Part shown: piece by piece, positions 62,060 to 64,000 of the stretch
Numbering within the stretch: the first letter of the stretch is position 1
How the letters are laid out: each line of letters begins with the position of its first letter
DNA from: Octopus sinensis
Taxonomy: Eukaryota
Length of the DNA stretch: 64,000 nucleotides
Reading direction: 5' to 3'
NCBI RefSeq assembly: GCF_006345805.1
Contig: NC_043013.1
Span: 15,438,001-15,502,000, forward strand
Notes under the pieces: generated by a model
The model's database searches: none
The model's input: only the letters and a program-made list of their open reading frames with translations
What the model was told of the DNA's origin: nothing
Program-made: the position numbers and the translations under genes

Positions 62060-63040
62060 CGCCCTGCTGCCTTCCTTTAACCAGAAGGAAAGGCTGTCTT
62101 TATATGCCTAGTGACCATGGCGAAGTTGTAAGGTGGATAAGACTGAAGGGGATGAAGACAAACACTTTTCTCTTTGGCCAATCCTTAATCGACTTCAAGT
62201 TTCACTTGAAAAGGAAAATAGGGATAGAGACGGAAGTCTAGTCTTCTGGCCAGTTTGCTGTAAGGTGGATGAAAGGGGTGAGAATGGTGCGTGTGAACGG
62301 GTCTGCCCTGAGCATACGCCTGTGGTTTCAGAGAAGGAAAGAAAAAAAAGAAGGTACCTGTCCCAAAAGACAGAGTGCCCATGGTTTTTTATGGGGTTTT
62401 TCCATGAGCAGCCCTTAAAAGTCTCTTCTTTATTAAGGAATACAAGTTGTTGAATTTGTTTTTTTTTCTTTGTTTACACGCAAAACCCTCGCAGCAGACA
62501 CTGATACAGGTACACACGCATTCTTTGTTTTGTCCTGAACTGTCCACAATGTTTTTCTTAATGTAAACCTTTTGAGGTAAATAAAAAAAGAAAAGATTAC
62601 CCCGCTGCCCTCCTTTGGCCGGGTGGGGCAGGCAATTTTTATTTGTCTGGTGGCTGTAGCGAAAGAGGTAGAATGGTGGATCGTCTGAAAGGGCTAAAGT
62701 CAGGCACTTTCCTCTTTGGTTAAGCTCTCATCAACTTTTTAAAGTTTCCTTTGAAAAGGAAGTTGAGGGTGGAGAGGGAAGTGTTGCCTTGTAGCAAGTT
62801 TGTTGAAAGGTGGGTGAACGTTGGTAGAATGGCCAGTGTGAAAGACCAGTTCCGAGTGTACACCTGTGAAGAAATAAAAGAAGGGATCTTGCCCTGTTGA
62901 TCAGGCACCCGTGGCTCGTGTGGATTTTTCCATGAGGACCTTAAAACGCCTTCCCCTATTGGGAATTTTATTTTGTTTAATTTTCCATTGTTTTTTTATA
63001 ATGTTTACTCGATTCGAAAATCCACTGTATTGTCTTGTGT
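62060..63040 (+). mobile_element. Two tandem 3' fragments of the same Tx1-like LINE family
   Basis: 62100-62460 and 62620-62960 resemble the reverse complement of 40890-41130. Confidence 0.55.
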
Positions 63041-63864
63041 CGTCGTTTATGTTTGTGTCATGTCATTTTATGTTGTTTTATATAAGCCCTTGTGGTTAAT
63101 AAAAGAATAAAAAGACTAGCTAGCAGAATCGTTGGCACACCGGGCGATATGCTTAGCGGCATTTCGTCCGTCTTCACGTTCCGAGTTCAAATTTCGCCGA
63201 GGTCGACTTTGCCTTTCATCCTTTCGGGGGTCGATGAAATAAGTACCAGTTACACACTGGAGTCTTCCTCTCCCCCCAAAATGGCTGCCATTGAGACAAT
63301 ATTTGAAACCATCATCATCATTATTATTATTATTGAGTGAGAGAGCAGTTCATGCCATCAAAGTGACACTGGGGTAAAATATACGAAGCTCAATATACCC
63401 ATCATGACTACCCGTCTGATAAGGGTACACCAGGCACATGCATCACAACCATATGTGCACGACATGGTGATCTCATATCAAGATAAACAGCACATGACCT
63501 TGCAGATGGGGCCCAGTTCAGGTTGAGTAGCCCATCCCGCTCAAAAGGTCCCTGAATAAGGGTTGTTTAAGGATGTTGAAAGAACCACCCATGTTTCCAG
63601 AGGTGAATTATTCAAACCCCAAAGAATCCCTCTCAACACATGGCTATGAAGCCCCCCCACTATTCTGCTCGTGATCAGAGATGCACATATCATCAGACAC
63701 TAAGGGACATGCTCAACTGGTTAAGGTTAAACAACTGACAAGCAAATCTGTGGTATTGTGCAGAATATTTGCTGTAGCCCATCTTTTATACCAAGACAAA
63801 ACAATGTACATGATAACACTTCCAATCAGTTAAGATCAGAAGCCATGAGAACCTATTATTATTA

Positions 63865-63916
<52 letters not shown>

Positions 63917-63919
63917 TGA

Positions 63920-64000
63920 TGAAAATTCAGCTTATTTTGCTGGGTAAGATGGAGTGTCAGCTGTCCATAGCCAGCAGACTAAGGTGACACTTGTTTACTG
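63920..64000 (-). mobile_element. 3' terminus of another RLE-type LINE copy, running off the window
   Basis: GTGTCAGCTGT..CCAG..ACTAAGGT.ACAC matches 60280-60320; abuts (ATT)n at 63855-63915. Confidence 0.5.

Overview
Eukaryotic, AT-rich window saturated with microsatellites and transposons. The repeat landscape looks like an octopus/cephalopod genome (inference, not verified). One host protein-coding gene is supported: a single-domain angiotensin-converting enzyme (peptidase M2, ACE-like) on the minus strand, 30975 to 6192. Ten exons are visible, all GT-AG and phase-compatible, and together carry a signal peptide, intact HEMGH and EAVGD zinc motifs and a GPI-signal-like C-terminus. About 120-130 aa after exon 1 cannot be found and probably lie in the N-gap at 25373-25472. 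The rest is mobile DNA: a near-full-length CR1-type LINE, Tx1/L1-like, RTE and RLE-type (R4/Dong-like) LINE relics, at least three tRNA-derived SINE families, DD37D and mariner transposon relics, and non-autonomous Helitrons. The most notable unannotated structures are several minimal hammerhead-ribozyme motifs of the Penelope/retrozyme type, some inside long palindromes; a 220-bp inverted repeat bracketing one ACE exon; and a 550-bp TG...CA element always embedded in (TAA)n. Most long ORFs in the supplied track are microsatellite artefacts. All coordinates were read by eye; repeat boundaries are approximate.
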